Part shown: piece by piece, positions 60,190 through 64,000 of the stretch
Layout: every line of letters begins with the position of its first letter
Numbering within the stretch: position 1 is the stretch's first letter
Source: Eledone cirrhosa
Taxonomy: Eukaryota
Assembly: GCA_964016885.1 (NCBI GenBank)
Contig: OZ024742.1
Span: 88,412,001-88,476,000, forward strand
DNA: 64,000 nt
Direction of reading: 5' to 3'
The notes under the pieces: model-generated
Databases searched by the model: none
What the model was told of the DNA's origin: nothing
The model's input: the letters and a program-made list of their open reading frames with translations, nothing else
Program-made: the position numbers and the translations under genes

Positions 60190-60952
60190 TGTATGTACAG
60201 TAGTATGTATATATATATCCATACATGCACACATATATATATATATGTACGTATAGGTTTAACAAACACTTATTATAATGCTCGGTTTGTTTGTAAACAA
60301 ACACCCCGAATTAAGCCGTACAGTGTTTAGCAACCATCGTTGCCCTTTTGTTCAACACTCACAAAGGCGCGTACATATATATATGTGTGCATGTATGTAT
60401 ATATATACATACTACTGTACGTCTGTATACATATATGTATGTACGTATACATACTTATATTTAAGTAACAGCCGTACTAAGATTGTAAAATGAAATTTCG
60501 TTTCATTTTTTCCATTAATCGTTTTCGGTGCACCCGGCCGACTAACTTACTCGATATGAAAATTAGGCTGCTCAGCCGTTAATATGCATAAGGAAAGTAT
60601 ATACTTTCAGACGTTCAATCATCTGGCAGGGAGGTATACGATGCTGACGATTGCTAATAAGCTTGACACTAGTACATCGTTCCTTTCTCAGTGTTGAACA
60701 AAAGGGCTACGATGGTTGCTAAACACTGTACGGCTTAATTCGTGCTGTTTGTTTACAAACATACCGAGCATTATAATAAGTGTTCAGTACACTCATACGT
60801 ACATATATATATATATATATATGTGTGCATGTATGTATATATATACATACTACTGTATCTCTGTGTACATATATGTATGTACGTATACATATTATATTTC
60901 AGTAACAGCCCTACTAAGAGTGTGAAATGAAATTTTGTTTCATTTTTTCCAT
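60190..60952. mobile_element. Inverted arm plus 437-nt direct-repeat mini unit; HHR at 60638-60680 (+)
   Basis: 60371-60513 is repeated at 60799-60950; 60265-60359 is inverse to 60690-60784; acgatg-CTGACGA-ttgctaataagctt-GACA-ctag-TA-catcgt. Confidence 0.85.
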
Positions 60953-60985
60953 ATATAGAGATAGATAGATAGATAGATAGAGAGT

Positions 60986-61018
<33 letters not shown>

Positions 61019-61060
61019 GGGGGGGGGGGGTAGTAACACAACAGTAGTATTCACCATCCA

Positions 61061-61097
61061 GAGAACAGTTGTTTCAACTTATGCGTATCTTCAGCTC
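61061..61097 (-). ncRNA. Candidate minimal HHR
   Basis: Reverse complement: gag-CTGAAGA-tacgcataagtt-GAAAC-aact-GTT-ctc; stem II weak. Confidence 0.55.
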
Positions 61098-61951
61098 AGG
61101 CTGGTATGGTTATACAGAACAAGAAGTACAACCGTATGAACACGCATGGGCAGAAACGGTCACTTCACCCAAGCGATGTAAAACCACGGCCGAAAGGTGT
61201 AAGGATGATAATTGCGAATGTCCGGAATAAAATGTTAGAGTTGATTAGGAAATTATAGTGTTGTTGTTATTCAATCCAGACCTTTGTAGTTGTTGAAGAG
61301 GTGTTTCCAGACATATGGGCAACGTATATATATATATACAATATCGGAGAAAGCTTTTTAGCGATACTCCGGCCAAATTCCAACTCACTCAACAAACATT
61401 AGGAAATAAGTGATTATATTCCCAATTATGTGTTCTGGGTGCTAACTAAAAGTATTGCGTGGAAAATTGGCTGTATTATTTCAAATGAGACATATCTAAT
61501 ATATCTCTTCCCAGACGGACGTCTCGTTTCATTATAGGACTCCTACAATTTGGGTGAAATTATACCAATTTATGTAGGAGGTGGTATACCATCAATAGAT
61601 ATATATTCAAGTAGGCACCTATAATTCATCAGTGGGTGCTCCAATAATACTAATATTGATAATCTAACCAACATCAGCATTTAGCGATAATCACTTTCTG
61701 TGCCTGAGGTATCTGTCAGGTAGCCAGTCCAGCAGTTCTGAAAGAAGTGCTCGAACTGATTAAAAAAATGAAGAAGTGAATTACCGCCAAAAAAAACAAT
61801 ACATGCGCGTGACAATGAACTCTGAAAGGAATTCAGGCCACGTGCTAAGAACTCAATTGGAAATTGAAAAAATATCTATGTGTGTACAACATTTGATGAC
61901 ACACACGGTTAAATCAACAAAGAAGCCTTTAATACATTAAACATCTTTATT

Positions 61952-61994
61952 CGCTGACAATGTTTCGTCTCAGTAATTAGGCCTCTTCAGAGCA
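61952..61994 (-). ncRNA. Type I HHR
   Basis: Reverse complement: tgct-CTGAAGA-ggcctaattactgagac-GAAAC-att-GTC-agcg. Confidence 0.7.
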
Positions 61995-62418
61995 AGGAAA
62001 ATACAAAAAATATCAACGGCTAGAACAAGCCAAAATTCAGAAGAATAGAGAAATAGAAAAATAGAAATTTAAATGTTATTTAGATAATTTTTTCGGCTCT
62101 GTTTGATAACATTGAGCTATCTCTTGTACTGTCATTTCTCTAATGCTACGAGTGTGTTTGACTCTAATGCACTCAAGTGTTTTTATCTTATATATATATA
62201 TATATATATATATTGGTAAAATCCCGACTGTTGCGACAAGGTGTTCCGGTAATTTCACCTATCACTATACCCCCTCTGCATCTTCCCATGTGTTTAGTAC
62301 TCCCATGATTATGAGTTACCCGGTCTCAGCACCACAAACTTTTCTTTTCTGTCTGTCAGACTGTCTCACCTTATATATATATAATTATATGCACACACAC
62401 GCATGTACACACATACAA

Positions 62419-62469
<51 letters not shown>

Positions 62470-63467
62470 TGTGTGTGTGTGTGTGTATTATGTACGGATG
62501 TTATGGTACTTCTTTTTTACGTTTGAAAGAATGATATAGGGTATGTTTCTTAACAGATTTTTTTTCTATGGAATCACGTTTTTCCTGCGTCATTGGGTAA
62601 CATGAATATTGGTATACGAAATGTGTTTTTTGATGTTCGTTCTTGAAAGACGTGCAAGGTACTTAATAGGTGTGTTTTCTTTGCTGCACGTGAAAATTGC
62701 TGTAAACACTCTCGTATATTTATTGTTGATGGGTTGTTGTAAACCAATAGAGAAAAATCCATTTCTTAGCTGCACACAGGATTTCTTCAGTAATTTTTTT
62801 TTATTAGCTTCTAGGCACTATCTATAAACATATCTATTTAACTCTATTTCCCTCACTCATTTCATTTGAACACGTATGCCTCCATATTTCTCTGTTTGTA
62901 CGTAGCTGTGTACGACAAAGTAGACTCATATTTGCCTTCATATATTTGGTTATTTGTTTGTTTGGAGACCGTCGATTCATATTATTATACGTGATATTCC
63001 AGAGGTTTCTATATTCCATTTTTCAAGACTTGCCTAAGGAAATATATTTGATCTGAACTGCTATTTCAGGAAACGTTTTTCACTTATTCAGTTTATTCAA
63101 TTGCGTTGATCAATGATATGTACAAACAGTTGAAAGCTATTTTAATGTGAATAGAAAGGGAAACACTAAACGTTAAGTTTTCCTTTGTTTAATGATTTTT
63201 TTTTCTATTATTTTGTGTCTGCATTCTTTAGTGTTCAATTTTTTAAATCCAGAGTATAACATTTCTAAGAGCTTACATAAAAAATGGAAATGTTGAGTGA
63301 GAGCATTCATTTCAACTACCAATTTACATTTCTTTGCATTATATATATATATAATGTAGGAGGTGAGTTTTATTGTAGTACAATAAAGCAATGCAGATAT
63401 CGGATAATATGTTGATTTAAAACTGCACTATTCACAAGTGTTTTTTAACCTTCATATCATGTCTTCC

Positions 63468-63538
63468 TATTTTATCTGATGAAAACACAAATGTTATTGC
63501 ATGATGATATTTGTTTTTGAAATGCGCATAATAAAATA
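63468..63538 (+). ncRNA. Type I HHR
   Basis: tattttat-CTGATGA-aaacacaaat..atttgttttt-GAAA-tgcgca-TA-ataaaata. Confidence 0.88.
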
Positions 63539-64000
63539 CATGGAACTCTGTTGCAACGTTATTTGAAATAATATAAATTAATATATGATAAACACATAAG
63601 TGTTTGTAATTCAAAAGAAGAAGTTAGCTAGAATGAAATAAACTAATTAAAATAAATATAGTTTGTCTGTCTCGATATAAATCAATAAAAACAAACCCAT
63701 ATTGGCAAAAGCCGTGATTCCTGGACAAATTTCAATTTCAAAATCCAAACCTGCTCCGTAGATGAATTTGAACTTCAAAACCTAAATATGTTTCGCAATG
63801 ATGTTATAAAAAGTACATACGTACATACACAAGCATACACAAAACCTTACCATGGGTATACAAAACCACGCACATATAAATATGTGTGTATGCTTGTGTA
63901 CAAATAAATAAATAATTATATAAACGTATATAAGTAAATAAATACGTATATAACAAGCGCACACACGTACCTACATATAAATACACGAATGTTCGGAGAC

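Overview
AT-rich eukaryotic repeat region with no recognisable intact host gene. The dense (TA)n/(CA)n microsatellites and two tRNA-derived SINE families resemble, from memory, octopod cephalopod DNA; this is an inference, not a database result. Almost all non-microsatellite sequence is decayed mobile DNA. Penelope-like elements (PLEs) dominate, including Neptune-like, Naiad-like and a third type. Other elements are RTE, CR1-like, R4/Dong-like and CRE-like LINEs, an internally deleted DD36E Tc1 transposon, non-autonomous Helitrons and SINEs. The main signal is invisible in the ORF track. I read about 39 type-I hammerhead ribozyme (HHR) motifs from roughly 17 sequence families, some intact and some degenerate. 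Most lie in fold-back elements of 0.2-4.6 kb bounded by (TA)n, with a reproducible long-arm/short-arm asymmetry. Some are ORF-less retrozyme-like units of about 437, 539 and 1748 nt. Several carry non-canonical cores: U3-A8 in four families, GCAA for GAAA in all five copies of one family, and stem II extended to about 100 nt. All structures were read by eye and element boundaries are approximate.
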